Counted from the stretch's first letter, positions 1 to 11,308 are shown. The stretch: 64,000 bases of DNA from an uncultured Candidatus Rokubacteria bacterium (GCA_963789955.1 CAWBMV010000020.1:86111-150110); one strand, 5' to 3'. The notes: generated by a model from the letters alone, not told the origin. Program-made: numbers and translations.

Positions 1-115
1 CGGGCCGCGGGCGCTTCGAGCGCCCCACGCGCTGACCGGCGACGAATACCGAGCGTTCGCCCATATCGGCGAGCACCGACGCTCGGCTCCTCGGCGAGCT
101 GAGACCGCTCGGCAT
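1..115 (-). CDS. N-terminus of the next dcw gene (partial, possibly FtsQ)
   Basis: ATG at 115-113 directly after the murB stop; reads MPSGLSSPRSRASVLADMGERSVFVAGQRVGRSKRPRP to the window edge. Basic N-tail fits FtsQ better than Ddl; identity rests on position only. Confidence 0.35.
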   Translation of the reverse strand, partial: MPSGLSSPRSRASVLADMGERSVFVAGQRVGRSKRPRP

Positions 116-994
116 CTACTCGCCGATGATCCTGATCTCGTTCTCGAGCGCGACCGAGAAATGCGACTGCACGCGCTCGCGCGTCAGGTCCATGAGCGCC
201 AGGATGTCCGCCGCGGTCGCGCCGCCGCGGTTCACGATGAAGTTGGCGTGCTTCGACGAGATCTCGGCGCCGTTGATGCGCTTGCCCTTGAGACCGCACT
301 TCTCGATCATCCGCGCGGCGACGTCGCCGGCCGGGTTCTTCCAGACGCAGCCGGCCGAGGCGAGCGCCAGCGGCTGGGTGGACTTCTTCACCTTGAGCCG
401 CGCCTTCATCTCCTTCTGAATCTCGGCCAGGGGCTTGCGATGCAGGCGCAGGCGGCAGCCGATCAGCACGGCGCCGACCGGTGCGTTGAAGTTGCGATAG
501 GTGAACGCGCCGGGCGCCGGCTTGAATTCACCGAGCGAGCCGTCCGGATGCAGGAAGTACACGGCGCTGACGAAATCGCCGATCCAGCCGTCGGCCGTCC
601 CGGCGTTCATCGCCAGGGCGCCGCCGATCGTGGCCGGAATCCCGACCAGGCACTCGATGCCGCCGAGATTGAGCGCGGCCGCTTCGCGGATCAGCGCGGA
701 GAGCGACACGCCGGCGCCGGCGATCGCCTCCTCACCGTGGAACTCGGCGCGCCCGAGGCAGCCTTCGAGCCGCAGGACGACGCCGCGCACCCCGCGGTCC
801 TTCACCAGCAAGTTGTTGCCGCCGCCGATCACCGAGACCGGCAGCTGCTCGCGCTCGGCGAACATGAGCGCGTGCCGAATGTCGTCCACGTCCTGTGGCA
901 CGACGAAGATGTCGGCGGTGCCGCCGATGCGGAGCGAGGTGTGGAAGCTCAGAGGCTCCTTGAACCGTACTTCCCCCCGAATCTCTCCTAGCAT
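116..994 (-). CDS. murB: UDP-N-acetylenolpyruvoylglucosamine reductase
   Basis: HTSLRIGG, IGGGNNLL, GIPATIGGALAMNAG, SAGCVWKNP, SKHANFIVN motifs; dcw context. Confidence 0.95.
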   Translation of the reverse strand: MLGEIRGEVRFKEPLSFHTSLRIGGTADIFVVPQDVDDIRHALMFAEREQLPVSVIGGGNNLLVKDRGVRGVVLRLEGCLGRAEFHGEEAIAGAGVSLSALIREAAALNLGGIECLVGIPATIGGALAMNAGTADGWIGDFVSAVYFLHPDGSLGEFKPAPGAFTYRNFNAPVGAVLIGCRLRLHRKPLAEIQKEMKARLKVKKSTQPLALASAGCVWKNPAGDVAARMIEKCGLKGKRINGAEISSKHANFIVNRGGATAADILALMDLTRERVQSHFSVALENEIRIIGE

Positions 995-1007
995 GTGGCC
1001 CTCCCAG

Positions 1008-2387
1008 TCAACGAGTCGCGTCCAAGCGCTTCAGCAGCTCCGGGCCGAGCTGGCTCACGTCGCCGGCGCCGAGCGTGATCACGAGATCGCCACGACGGAC
1101 GATCTCCGCGAGATGCTCGACGATGCGCGTGCGGTCGCTGCCGAGGTAAGTGACATCGCGATGGCCATGCGAGCGGATCCCGTCCGCGAGATCCCGGCCC
1201 GAGACACCGGGGATCGACGGCTCGCCGGCCGCATAGACGTCCATCACGATCAGCACGTCAGCCAGATTGAACGCCGTGAGGAACTCTTGCCGCAGGTGCA
1301 ACGTTCGCGTGTAGCGGTGCGGCTGGAACACCGTCACGACCCGGCAGTCGAACCCGGCCTTGGCGGCGGCCAGGGTCGCCCGGATCTCGGCGGGATGGTG
1401 GCCGTAGTCGTCGACCACCGTGACGCCGCGCGAGCGGCCGAGGATCTGAAACCGGCGCTGGACTCCGGAGAAGCCGGCCAGCGCTTTCTGGATCGTGGCG
1501 AACGGGATTTCGAGGTCGAGCCCGACACCGACCGCCGCGAGCGCGTTGAGCACGTTGTGGCGCCCCGGGATCTGGAGGGTGACCTCGCCGAGCAGGCTCT
1601 CGCGCTGATAGACCTCGAAGCGGCTGGTCATGCCCGAGAGCTGCAGCCGGCGCGCGACGAGGTCCGCGCCCGACTCGAGCCCGTACGAGATGATCCGCTT
1701 CTCGATGCGCGGGATCAGGAGCTGGATGTTCGGCTGATCCAGGCACAGCACCGCCGAGCCGTAGAACGGCACCTTGTTGACGAACGCGACGAACGCGTCG
1801 CGGATCGCGTCGAGGCTCCCGTAGTGGTCGAGGTGCTCGGCGTCGACCGTCGTGACGACCGCGATCGTCGGCGCCAGCTTCAGGAACGACCCGTCGGACT
1901 CGTCGGCCTCGGCGATGAGGAATTCGCCCTGGCCCAGCCGCGCGTTCGAGCCGAGGCTCGACACTCGCCCTCCCACGACGATCGTCGGATCGAGGCGGCC
2001 CTCGGCCAGGACGGCGCCGACCATCGACGTCGTGGTCGTCTTGCCATGCGTGCCCGCCACCGCGATGCCGTACTTGAGGCGCATCAGCTCGGCGAGCATC
2101 TCCGCGCGCGGGATCGCCGGGATCTGGCGCTCGCGCGCGGCCTGGACCTCGACGTTGTCCCGCGAGACCGCCGAGGAATAGACGACGACGTGCGCGCCCT
2201 CGACGTTCGAGGCCTGGTGGCCGATGAACACCTTCGCGCCGAGCTCGGCGAGCCGCTCGACCGCGTCACCCTTCTTCTGATCGGAGCCGGTCACGCGATA
2301 GCCGAGGTTCAGCAAGATCTCGGCGATGCCGGACATGCCGATCCCGCCGATCCCCACGAAGTGGATCTGCTGGTAGCGCTTAAACAT
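1008..2387 (-). CDS. murC: UDP-N-acetylmuramate--L-alanine ligase
   Basis: [47 protein letters not shown] motifs. Confidence 0.97.
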   Translation of the reverse strand: MFKRYQQIHFVGIGGIGMSGIAEILLNLGYRVTGSDQKKGDAVERLAELGAKVFIGHQASNVEGAHVVVYSSAVSRDNVEVQAARERQIPAIPRAEMLAELMRLKYGIAVAGTHGKTTTTSMVGAVLAEGRLDPTIVVGGRVSSLGSNARLGQGEFLIAEADESDGSFLKLAPTIAVVTTVDAEHLDHYGSLDAIRDAFVAFVNKVPFYGSAVLCLDQPNIQLLIPRIEKRIISYGLESGADLVARRLQLSGMTSRFEVYQRESLLGEVTLQIPGRHNVLNALAAVGVGLDLEIPFATIQKALAGFSGVQRRFQILGRSRGVTVVDDYGHHPAEIRATLAAAKAGFDCRVVTVFQPHRYTRTLHLRQEFLTAFNLADVLIVMDVYAAGEPSIPGVSGRDLADGIRSHGHRDVTYLGSDRTRIVEHLAEIVRRGDLVITLGAGDVSQLGPELLKRLDATR

Positions 2388-3477
2388 GGGCTTGCTGGGA
2401 GATGTTCAGCAGCACTCCCGTCGAGAGCATCGTGACCAGCAAGGCCGAGCCGCCGAACGAGATGAACGGCAGCGGCAGTCCCTTGGTCGGCAAGAGCCCG
2501 GTGACGACACCGAGGTTCACCAGCACCTGGGTGGCGATCAGCATGGTGATCCCGAGGGCCAGGTAGCCGCCGAAGGGATCGGGCGCGCGCAGGCCGATCC
2601 GGAGACCGCGCCAGATCAAGACCACGAAGAGCGCCACGATGATGAGCGCGCCCACCAGGCCCAGCTCCTCGCCGACGATCGCGAAGATGAAATCCGTGTG
2701 CGACTCGGGAAGGTAGAAGAGCTTCTGGCGAGACGCGCCGATGCCCTGGCCGAAGATCCCGCCGTTCCCGAACGCCAGCCACGACTGGATGATCTGGAAT
2801 CCGCTGCCGCGCGGATCCGACCACGGATCGATGAACGCGACGATGCGGCGCAGCCGGTACGGCGCGACCCAGATCGCCACCGCGAGCGGCGGCAATGCCG
2901 CCAGCACGATGAGCCCGAGGTGGCGCGCGTGGCCGCCGGCCAGGAACAGCAACGTGAACGTGAGCGTGATGAGCGTGAGACAGTTGCCGAGATCCGGCTG
3001 CGCCAGCACGAGCAGCGCCAGGAGCCCGGCCACGGCGAGCGGCGGCACGAGCCCGCGCCGGAAGTCCGAGATCTCTTCGCCCTTCTTCGCGAGGAACGCC
3101 GCGAGATACACGACGAGCGCCAGCTTGGCGAGCTCCGCCGGCTGAAACGAGACGGGGCCGAGGCGGATCCAGCGCCGGGTGCCGTTGATCGCCTGGCCGA
3201 ACGGCGAGACGAGCACGAGCACCAGGAGCACGCCGGCGAAGATCAGGAGCGGCAACACGAACCGCTCGAGCCGGCGATAGTCGATGCGGATCGCCATCCA
3301 CATGCAGGCGGCGCCGAGCAGCGCCCAGAAGATCTGCTTCTTGAGGAAGAAGTACGGATCGTGGAAGCGATCGGCCGCGACGATCGCGCTCGCCGAATAG
3401 ACCATCACCACGCCCGCCGAGAGCAGGACGACGGCGACGCCGAAGAGCCAGATGTCGGGCGCGAGCTTCCTGGGCAT
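2380..3477 (-). CDS. ftsW: SEDS peptidoglycan polymerase FtsW
   Basis: Multi-[41 protein letters not shown]; start set at ATG 3477 (MPRKLAPD). Confidence 0.95.
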   Translation of the reverse strand: MPRKLAPDIWLFGVAVVLLSAGVVMVYSASAIVAADRFHDPYFFLKKQIFWALLGAACMWMAIRIDYRRLERFVLPLLIFAGVLLVLVLVSPFGQAINGTRRWIRLGPVSFQPAELAKLALVVYLAAFLAKKGEEISDFRRGLVPPLAVAGLLALLVLAQPDLGNCLTLITLTFTLLFLAGGHARHLGLIVLAALPPLAVAIWVAPYRLRRIVAFIDPWSDPRGSGFQIIQSWLAFGNGGIFGQGIGASRQKLFYLPESHTDFIFAIVGEELGLVGALIIVALFVVLIWRGLRIGLRAPDPFGGYLALGITMLIATQVLVNLGVVTGLLPTKGLPLPFISFGGSALLVTMLSTGVLLNISQQAHV

Positions 3478-3485
3478 TAGGTGGA

Positions 3486-3528
3486 ATGGGGGGGAGCGAG
3501 CGCCGCTCCTCCCCCATCCCCCCCCACC
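3486..3528. repeat. G/C-run intergenic hairpin (REP-like) between murD and ftsW
   Basis: ATGGGGGGGAGCG...CGCTCCTCCCCCAT imperfect inverted repeat at 3486-3517 followed by a C-run; only one copy seen in the window. Confidence 0.35.
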
Positions 3529-3562
3529 GTTCGGAGGAACGTGCGACGCGGCGTTCTCGACA

Positions 3563-4969
3563 TCAGTCGAGCCGCTCCACGATTTTTTTGAAAACCTCAC
3601 CGCGATGTTCAAAGTTGTCGAACATGTCGAACGAGGCGCAGGCCGGCGAGAGCAGCACGATGCTGCCCGGCGTCGCGACCGCGCGCGCCCGATCGACGGC
3701 GTCCTGGAGCGACGGGGAGAACGTCACCGGAACGGACGCGGCCCCGAGCGCGGCGCCGATCTTCGCGGCGTCCTCGCCGATGAGGACCGCGTGCGCGACG
3801 CTCCGGCGGGCCGCGGCGGCGAGCGGCTTGAAGTCCTGGCCCTTGCCCTTGCCGCCCGCGATCAGCACGATCGGCTCCGAGAAGCTCTCGAGCGCCCGCA
3901 AGGTCGAGTCGACGTTCGTGCCCTTCGAATCGTTGTAGTACTTGACGCCGGCGAGGTCGCGTACCCATTCGATCCGATGGGCCACGCCGCGGAAGCGGCC
4001 GACCGCCGCGCGGATCGCCGCCGGTGAGACACCCGTCCAGAGGGCGCACGCCGTCGCCGCCAGCACGTTCTCGATGTTGTGCTGGCCGCGCAGGAAGATC
4101 TCCGACAGGGGGCAGATTTCCTCGACGTGACCGTTGAGCTTCGCCGCGATCTGGCCGTCGCGGACGAAGACCCCGTGCGACAGCTCGCGGCGCCGGCTGA
4201 ACCACACCACCGGCGCCTTCGCCCGCGAGGCCATCGCCCGTGTCGCCTCGTCGTCGGCGTTCAGCACGGCGCAGTCGGCGGAGGTCTGGTTGGCGAAGAT
4301 CCGCGCCTTCGCATCCCCGTACGCCTCGAAGGTCCGGTGACGATCGAGATGGTCGGGGGTGAGGTTCAGCACCACCGCGACCCTCGGCTGAAAGAGCTCG
4401 GTGGTCTCGAGCTGGAAGCTCGACACCTCGCAGACGACCAGCCCGTCGGCCGGGAACGTGAGCGCGTGGGCGGCGAGCGGCGTGCCGATGTTGCCGGCCA
4501 CCAGCACCGGCCGCGGCTGCAGCGCCAGGATGGAGCCCGTCAGCGCGGTCGTCGTGGTCTTGCCGTTGGTTCCGGTGATCGCGATCGTGTCCGCTTCGGT
4601 CGCGCGCCAGCCGAGCTCGAGCTCGCCGATGATCGGCACGTGCCGGGCGCGCACCGCCGTGAGCGGCGGCGCGTCGAGGGGGACGCCGGGGCTCACCACC
4701 ACCAGCTCGGCGCCGGCGAACGCCGCCATCGGATCCGCGGGCCCGGTGACGAGGCGCACCCCGATCTCGGCCAGCGCCGCCACCTCGCGCCCGAGGGCCG
4801 CGACGGGCTTCGCGTCGGTGCCCACGACGTCGGCGCCGACCGCGCGCAGGAGGCGGGCCGCGGCGACGCCGCTCTTGGCGAGGCCGAACACCGTCACGCG
4901 ACGTCCCGCGAGCGAGCGCAGATATGCCTGACCGCGAGTGGCCATGTCGACCTCGTCGAGCGCGTTCAC
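3563..4969 (-). CDS. murD: UDP-N-acetylmuramoyl-L-alanine--D-glutamate ligase
   Basis: GLAKSG, ITGTNGKTTT, EVSSFQL, NLTPDHLDRH, NDSKGTN, LLSPACASFDMF; start could be ATG 4945. Confidence 0.96.
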   Translation of the reverse strand: MNALDEVDMATRGQAYLRSLAGRRVTVFGLAKSGVAAARLLRAVGADVVGTDAKPVAALGREVAALAEIGVRLVTGPADPMAAFAGAELVVVSPGVPLDAPPLTAVRARHVPIIGELELGWRATEADTIAITGTNGKTTTTALTGSILALQPRPVLVAGNIGTPLAAHALTFPADGLVVCEVSSFQLETTELFQPRVAVVLNLTPDHLDRHRTFEAYGDAKARIFANQTSADCAVLNADDEATRAMASRAKAPVVWFSRRRELSHGVFVRDGQIAAKLNGHVEEICPLSEIFLRGQHNIENVLAATACALWTGVSPAAIRAAVGRFRGVAHRIEWVRDLAGVKYYNDSKGTNVDSTLRALESFSEPIVLIAGGKGKGQDFKPLAAAARRSVAHAVLIGEDAAKIGAALGAASVPVTFSPSLQDAVDRARAVATPGSIVLLSPACASFDMFDNFEHRGEVFKKIVERLD

Positions 4970-4976
4970 GCCGCCC

Positions 4977-6056
4977 TCATCGGAGCTTCAACGTCGTGAT
5001 GGCCAGGAGCGCCAGCGCGAACGAGACGATCCAGAATCGGACGACGATCTTCGGCTCGGGCCATCCGGACAGCTCGTAGTGATGGTGCAAGGGCGCCATG
5101 CGAAAGACGCGGCGTCCGGTCATCTTGAAGCTCGCGACCTGGATGATCACCGAGAGCGCTTCCACGACGTAGAGTCCGCCGATCAGCGGCAACAAGAGCT
5201 CGGCCTTCGTCAACACCGCGAGCGTGCCGATCGCGCCGCCCAGGGCCAGCGAGCCCGCGTCGCCCATGAAGATCTCGGCCGGATGACAGTTGAACCAGAG
5301 AAAGCCGATCGCCGCGCCGATCAGCGCGCCGCAGAAGACCGTCAGCTCGCCCGCCCCGCGCACGTTGAGAATCTTCAAGTAGTCGGCCGCCCGGAAGTTG
5401 CCCGTGAGGTACGCGATCACCCCGAAGGCCGCGCCGGCCATGATGACCGGGCCGATCGCCAGCCCGTCGAGGCCGTCCGTGAGATTCACCGCGTTCGAGG
5501 CGCCCACGACGACGAGGATCGTGAACGGAATCCAGAGCCAGCCGAGGTTCACGAGCCAACCCTTGAAGAACGGAATGGCCAGCACCGGCAGCCAGGCGCT
5601 CGGCGGCTGCCAGAACACGAGCTGCAGCACGGCGAAGGCCACCACGACCTGGGCGACGAACTTGACGCGCGTCGAGATCCCCTTGCGGCGCCGCAGCTTG
5701 GTCGCGTCGTCCCAGACCCCGATGAGCCCGAAGCCGCCGGTCGCCAGGACCGCCACCCAGATGTAGCGATTGGCGAGGTTGGCCCAGAGCAAGGTCGTCG
5801 CGATGAGCGCCGTGAGGATGACGAGCCCGCCCATCGTCGGCGTGCCCTTCTTCGTGCGATGCCGCTCGGGCGTGTCCTCCCGGATCGTCTCGCCGCCGTG
5901 CTGCGCGATCCGGAGCCGCCGGATGATCCACGGGCCGACCACCAGCGAGATGATGAACGCCGAGATCAGCGCCATGAACGACCGGAAGGTCAGATAGCGA
6001 AAGACGTTGAAGACGATGTGGTCTTTCGCGAGCGGGACGAGGAGGTAATAGAGCAT
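4977..6056 (-). CDS. mraY: phospho-N-acetylmuramoyl-pentapeptide transferase
   Basis: KKGTPTMGG, NAVNLTDGLDGL, IFMGDAGS, MAPLHHHYEL. Confidence 0.97.
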   Translation of the reverse strand: MLYYLLVPLAKDHIVFNVFRYLTFRSFMALISAFIISLVVGPWIIRRLRIAQHGGETIREDTPERHRTKKGTPTMGGLVILTALIATTLLWANLANRYIWVAVLATGGFGLIGVWDDATKLRRRKGISTRVKFVAQVVVAFAVLQLVFWQPPSAWLPVLAIPFFKGWLVNLGWLWIPFTILVVVGASNAVNLTDGLDGLAIGPVIMAGAAFGVIAYLTGNFRAADYLKILNVRGAGELTVFCGALIGAAIGFLWFNCHPAEIFMGDAGSLALGGAIGTLAVLTKAELLLPLIGGLYVVEALSVIIQVASFKMTGRRVFRMAPLHHHYELSGWPEPKIVVRFWIVSFALALLAITTLKLR

Positions 6057-6065
6057 CCGTCCCTT

Positions 6066-7455
6066 TCATCGGGCCAGGCGCGCCACCAGCGCATCCACGA
6101 CCCGCTCCATGCGCATGCCCCGCGAGCCCTTGACGAGCACGACGTCACCGGGGGCCACGCCCTTGAGGAGGTGGGCAACCGTGTCCTCGAACGTCGTTGC
6201 GTGGTGCGCGCCGGCCAGGCCCGCGCCGCGGGCGGTCTCGACGGCGAGGCGCGCGAATCGTCCGACGCCCACGAACTCGTCGGCGCCCGCCGCGACCACC
6301 GAGCGTCCCATCTCCTGGTGCGCTTCCTCGGCGATCGCGCCGAGCTCCAGCATATCGCCGAGGACGACGATGAGCCGGCCGGACGACGCGGCACGGCGCG
6401 CGGCGACCGTCTCGAGGGCCGCGCGGACCGACACCGGATTCGCGTTGTAGGTGTCGTCGAGAATGCTGACGCCGCCCGCATCCCGCCAGACGCAGCGGCC
6501 GGCCGCCGGCCGCGCTTCCGAGAGGCCGCGCGCGATCTCCTCCAGCGGCCAGCCGAGCGCCACCCCCACGCCGGCCGCGGCCAGCGCATTCGTCACGTTG
6601 TGACGGCCGGCGAAGGCCAGGGTCACGGGCACGCGGACACCGCCGCTCTCGAGCGTGAACGCGAGGGACTGCCCGCGCTCGACGATGTCGCCGGTCGCCC
6701 GCACGTCGGCGCCGGCCGCTCGACCGTAGGTGATGACGGGCGCTCGCGAGTCTCGCGCCATGCTCGCCACGCGCGGATCGTCGGCGTTCAGCACGGCGCG
6801 CCCCTCGGTCCCGAGCGCCTTGACGAGCTCGACCTTCTCGGCGCGGACGCCGTCGAGCGAGCCGAGAAACTCCGTGTGAGCCTGCGCGACCGTCGTCACG
6901 GCGGCCACCGTCGGCTGCGCCAGCCCGGCGAGCGTGGCGATCTCGCCGGGGTGCTGGGTGCCGATCTCGAGCACGAGCGCCTGGTGGTCCGGGGTCAGCT
7001 TGAGCAAGCGTCAGCGGAAGACCCCACTGGTTGTTGAAGCTCCCGCTCGGCTTCAGCACGTGCCAGCGCATGCCGAGCACGCCGGCGATCAGCTCTTTCG
7101 TGGTCGTCTTCCCGTTCGAGCCCGTCACCGCGACGACCGGAATCGTGAACCGGGCGCGGTGGTACGCCGCGAGCAGGCCGAGCGCGCGGGTCGTGTCCTC
7201 CACGAGCACGAGCGGGACGTTGGCCGGCACGTCGTCGTGCAGCGTGTGGACCACCAGGCACGCCGCGCCGCGCGAGGCGGCATCGGCCAGAAACGCGTGA
7301 CCGTCGAGGCGATAGCCACGGATCGCGAAGAAGGCTTCACCGACCCCGAGCGCTCGGGAATCGATCGAGACCCCGGTGATGGGCACACCGAGATCACCCG
7401 CGACGAGGGCGCCCTGCGTGGCGCGCACGATGTCCTGGACGGTGAATAGTGGCAC
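6066..7455 (-). CDS. murF: UDP-MurNAc-tripeptide--D-Ala-D-Ala ligase (one apparent frameshift near 7007)
   Basis: N-part (IDSR, DGHAF, VTGSNGKTTTKE, SFNNQWGLP) and C-part (VLEIG, DDTYNANP, GDMLELG, KGSRGM) lie in different frames; GTG start 7455. Confidence 0.92.
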
Positions 7456-7462
7456 GGTCGCT

Positions 7463-8953
7463 CTAGGTCCTCTCTCCCGACAGGATCCGCCGCGCGACCT
7501 CACGGTCGTCGAACGGCAGCACGTCGGCGCCCACGATCTGATAGGTCTCGTGACCCTTTCCGGCGATGACCACCGTGTCACCCGCCTCGGCCCAGCCGAG
7601 CACCGCCCGGATCGCGCGCGCGCGATCGGGCTCGGTCGCGAAGCGGCCCGGCGCCGTACCGGCCCGCCGCACGCCGACGACGATCTCGTCGATGATCGCC
7701 TGCGGACGCTCCGAGCGCGGGTTGTCCGAGGTCACCCACACCTGGTCACACAGGCGCGCGGCGATCTCGCCCATGATCGGGCGCTTGGTGCGATCTCGAT
7801 CGCCGCCGCATCCGAAGACGACCGCGAGCCGCCGGCGCGTCAGCTTGCGCGCGGTGGTCAGCACGCGCTCGAGCGCGTCGGGCGTGTGGGCGTAGTCGAC
7901 GACCACGAGAAATGGCTGACCGGCCCGCACCTGCTCGAAGCGGCCGGGCACGGTGCCGACCTCGCCGAGCGCCCGTGCGATCGCGGCCGGCTCGAGGCCC
8001 AGCCCCAGACCTGTCCCGACTGCGCCGAGCAGGTTCATCACGTTGTGCTCGCCGATGAGCGGCGACGTGAGCGTCAGCCGGCCGCGCGGCGTCTCGACCG
8101 TCATCCGGATGCCGTCGAGCGACGACTCGTGCTGGACCGCTCTGACCCGCGCGGCCGCGCCCAGGCCGAACGTGAGGACGTTCAGATCGAGCCCCTCCAC
8201 CATCGACATCCCGGCCGGATCGTCCGCGTTGACCACGGCCGTGCGCGCGGGCTTCGGCGATTCGGCGAGCAGCTCGAAGAGCCGGCGCTTGGCGAGCCGA
8301 TAGCTCTCGAGCGTGCCGTGAAAGTCGAGATGGTCCTGGGTCAGGTTCGTGAAGACCGCGACGTCGAACGCGATCCCGTCGGCACGGGCCAGCGACAGCG
8401 CGTGCGACGACACCTCCATCGCGACGCCGCGAACCCCTCGGTCACGCATGTGCGCGAGCATCGCCTGAAGGTCGAGCGCCTCCGGCGTCGTCTGATTGGC
8501 CGGTCGCGTCTCGTCACCCAGGACGTACCCGATCGTGCCGATCACGCCCGTGGCGAGGCCGCGCGCGCGCAGCAGGGCCTCGATCAGATACGACGTCGTC
8601 GTCTTTCCGTTGGTCCCGGTGATGCCGACGAGCGAGAGCTGCCGCGACGGGTGGCCGTAGAACGCGCCCGCGAGCCGCGCGAGCGAGACCCGCACCGACG
8701 GCACCAGCACCTGAGCCACCGGCAGGTCGGCGACCGGCTCACCCTCGGTGACCACGATCGCGGCACCGCGCCGGATGGCGTCCGGGATGAAGCGGCGCCC
8801 GTCCTGCTTGAACCCGGGAACCGCCACGAAGCAGCCGCCGGGCTCGACCTTGCGCGAGTCGCCGGCGATGGACGACACCGAGCGCGGCGGCTGGCCGATC
8901 ACGCGCTTCTCGGGGAGCGCCGCGAGCAGCTCGCTCATGGCCGCACCCGCCAT
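7463..8953 (-). CDS. murE: UDP-MurNAc-dipeptide--meso-DAP ligase
   Basis: GITGTNGKTT, MEVSSH, TNLTQDHLDFH, VDYAHTPD, FGCGGDRD, DNPR (DAP-type), AGKGHE. Confidence 0.96.
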   Translation of the reverse strand: MAGAAMSELLAALPEKRVIGQPPRSVSSIAGDSRKVEPGGCFVAVPGFKQDGRRFIPDAIRRGAAIVVTEGEPVADLPVAQVLVPSVRVSLARLAGAFYGHPSRQLSLVGITGTNGKTTTSYLIEALLRARGLATGVIGTIGYVLGDETRPANQTTPEALDLQAMLAHMRDRGVRGVAMEVSSHALSLARADGIAFDVAVFTNLTQDHLDFHGTLESYRLAKRRLFELLAESPKPARTAVVNADDPAGMSMVEGLDLNVLTFGLGAAARVRAVQHESSLDGIRMTVETPRGRLTLTSPLIGEHNVMNLLGAVGTGLGLGLEPAAIARALGEVGTVPGRFEQVRAGQPFLVVVDYAHTPDALERVLTTARKLTRRRLAVVFGCGGDRDRTKRPIMGEIAARLCDQVWVTSDNPRSERPQAIIDEIVVGVRRAGTAPGRFATEPDRARAIRAVLGWAEAGDTVVIAGKGHETYQIVGADVLPFDDREVARRILSGERT

Positions 8954-8954
8954 G

Positions 8955-10922
8955 TCACCTGGTACCTCCCGATGCGGTCAACGTCAGGCGTGCGACGGCA
9001 CCGGGCTCGAGGGGATCGCCCGCGGCCGGCAACTGGCGAACGACACGCCCCTGGCCGGCAAGACGCACGTCGATACGGAACGGCTCGAGGGTTTCCAGCG
9101 CCTGACGCAAGGTCTTGCCGCCCAGGTCGGGCATGCGCCGTGTCCCGTCCGGCTCGCGCGCCTCCGCGGTGCTCACGAGCCGCATCCGCGCCGGGGCCAG
9201 GGGCTCGGCGGGCGGCCCGGTGACGATCTGCACCGGCTGGACGTCGCGCGGCGGCACCTCGAGATAGCGGAGGATCTCGCGGCCGATCGCGCTGAAGATC
9301 GGTGCCGCCGCCTCGCTCCCCCACTTCTCGTTGCGAGGCTCGTCGAGCGCCACCAGCATGACGAAGCGCGGCTCGTCGGCGGGCGCGAATCCGACGAAGG
9401 ACAGGACGCCCGGCGCGTGAGAATAGCGCTTGGTCGACGGGTCGAGCTTCTGCGCCGTGCCGGTCTTGCCGGCGACGGCGTAGCCGGGGATGGCCGCGAA
9501 ATGCCCGGTGCCCGACTCGACCACGCCCGTCATCAGATTCGTGAGCGTCCGCGCGGTGGTCGGCGAGATGACTTGCCGCAGCGCCTTGGCTTCGAAGCGC
9601 CGTGTCTCCTGGCCGTCGGCGTCGAAGGTGGAGCGGACGAGGCGCGGCTGCATCAGGGTGCCGCCGTTCGCGATGGCGCCGAACGCCGTCACCAGCTGGA
9701 GCGCCGTCACCGAGATTTCCTGGCCGATCGACATCGTCGGCAGCGACAGGAGCGACCAGCGCTGCGGCTCGCGCAGGAGCCCGCGGCTCTCGCCGGCGAG
9801 GCCGACGCCGGTCGGCGCGCCGAAGCCGAACGCCTTCATGTAGCGGTAGTAGCGATCGCGGCCGAGCGACATGCCGACCTTGATCGAGCCGACGTTGGAC
9901 GAGTTCTGCAGCACCTCGGCGAAGGTGAGCCAGCCGTACTTCTTCCAGTCGCGGATCGTCGTCCCCGCCAACGTGATCGCGCCGTTCTCGGCGTAGATGC
10001 GGTCGTCGGGCCGGACGACGCCTTCCTCCAGCGCCGCCGCGGCCATGATCACCTTGAACGTCGAGCCCGGCTCGAAGGGATCGGTCACGGCCCGATTGCG
10101 CCAGGCGTCCGACGACGGCACGTCCAGGAACGCGTTCGGATTGAACGTCGGCCGCATCGCCATCGCGAGGACGTCGCCGGTGCGCGGATCCAGGACCACC
10201 GCCATCGCGGCCTTCGAGTGGGTCCGCCGATAGGCCGCGTCGATCTCGCGCTCGGCGATGTACTGGATGGTCTTGTCGATCGTCAGCATCACGCCGTGCC
10301 CGGGCTGGGGCTGCTGGAGCACGTGGGGCGCCGCCACCTCGCGGCCGAGCGCGTCGCGGCCGACGATCGCCTTGCCCGGCTGGCCGGCCAGATCGGCGTT
10401 GAACGCGCGCTCGACCCCCTCGAGCCCGCCCTCGCCGCCCTCGAAGCCGAGCACGTGCGCGCCCAGCTCCCGGTTGGGATAGAGGCGAAGCGGCTCCGGG
10501 AGGAAGCCGAGCCCCGGCTCGCGCAACGCCCTCACCTGCTCGGCCATGGTGGGCGGCAGCTTCCGGCGCAGCCACACGAACGAGCGGGCGCTGGTCAGCG
10601 CGGCGTGCACTTCCGACTGTGGCTGGCCGAGGATCGGCGCCAGGCGCGTGGCGACGCGAACCGGGTCGCCGACGCTACGCGGCTGAACGAAGAGCGACTC
10701 GGTCGCGGTCGATGTCGCGAGGGCTCCGCCCTGACGGTCGACGATCGGGCCACGCTGCGCGTAGAGAATGACCGTGCGGGAGTACTGACGCTCGGCGAGC
10801 TGGTTGAGCTCACCGTGCTTGACCACCATCAGCCAGCCGAGGCGACCGACGAGGCCGCCGAACGCGAGGGCGAGGATCGCCGCCAGCATGAGGACGCGCG
10901 TCCGGACGGCCGCATCCTTCAC
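8955..10922 (-). CDS. ftsI: class B penicillin-binding protein FtsI with C-terminal PASTA-like domain
   Basis: N-terminal TM, RGPIVDR, EPGSTFK (SxxK), SSN, KTGT; MPDLGGKTLRQA PASTA-like tail. Confidence 0.94.
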   Translation of the reverse strand: MKDAAVRTRVLMLAAILALAFGGLVGRLGWLMVVKHGELNQLAERQYSRTVILYAQRGPIVDRQGGALATSTATESLFVQPRSVGDPVRVATRLAPILGQPQSEVHAALTSARSFVWLRRKLPPTMAEQVRALREPGLGFLPEPLRLYPNRELGAHVLGFEGGEGGLEGVERAFNADLAGQPGKAIVGRDALGREVAAPHVLQQPQPGHGVMLTIDKTIQYIAEREIDAAYRRTHSKAAMAVVLDPRTGDVLAMAMRPTFNPNAFLDVPSSDAWRNRAVTDPFEPGSTFKVIMAAAALEEGVVRPDDRIYAENGAITLAGTTIRDWKKYGWLTFAEVLQNSSNVGSIKVGMSLGRDRYYRYMKAFGFGAPTGVGLAGESRGLLREPQRWSLLSLPTMSIGQEISVTALQLVTAFGAIANGGTLMQPRLVRSTFDADGQETRRFEAKALRQVISPTTARTLTNLMTGVVESGTGHFAAIPGYAVAGKTGTAQKLDPSTKRYSHAPGVLSFVGFAPADEPRFVMLVALDEPRNEKWGSEAAAPIFSAIGREILRYLEVPPRDVQPVQIVTGPPAEPLAPARMRLVSTAEAREPDGTRRMPDLGGKTLRQALETLEPFRIDVRLAGQGRVVRQLPAAGDPLEPGAVARLTLTASGGTR

Positions 10923-11308
10923 TGAGCCGGCGGCCTCGCGCCGCGGAGCGACGCCGCCCGGGTCGTGTCGGCCGCCAGGCCGGTGCCACCGGCCACGTAC
11001 TCCTTCGCCAGCCTGATCTGATCCCGTCCCGCCGCGACCAGGCCGATCTGCCGGGCACGCGCCTCGATGCGGCTCGGCGAGCGCAAGGTCGCCACCTCGA
11101 TCTCGAGCTGCCGGATCCGATCCTCGGCGCGCCCGCGCTCGGTCTTGATGGCGTCGAGCCGATAGGCGATGTGCACCTGCTCGACCCTGATGCCGACCAC
11201 GGTGAGGGCGCCGGCCACGAGCAGCGCCGAGGTGGCGAACGCCACCACGAGCGAGCGCCGCACCCGGGGATCCTGTTCGCGATGAAGCCGCTGGTCCTTC
11301 TTCTTCAT
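10919..11308 (-). CDS. ftsL: cell division protein FtsL
   Basis: MKKKDQRLHRE... single TM, coiled coil, LRSPSRIEARAR; lies between rsmH and ftsI with 4-nt overlaps. Confidence 0.8.
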   Translation of the reverse strand: MKKKDQRLHREQDPRVRRSLVVAFATSALLVAGALTVVGIRVEQVHIAYRLDAIKTERGRAEDRIRQLEIEVATLRSPSRIEARARQIGLVAAGRDQIRLAKEYVAGGTGLAADTTRAASLRGARPPAQ

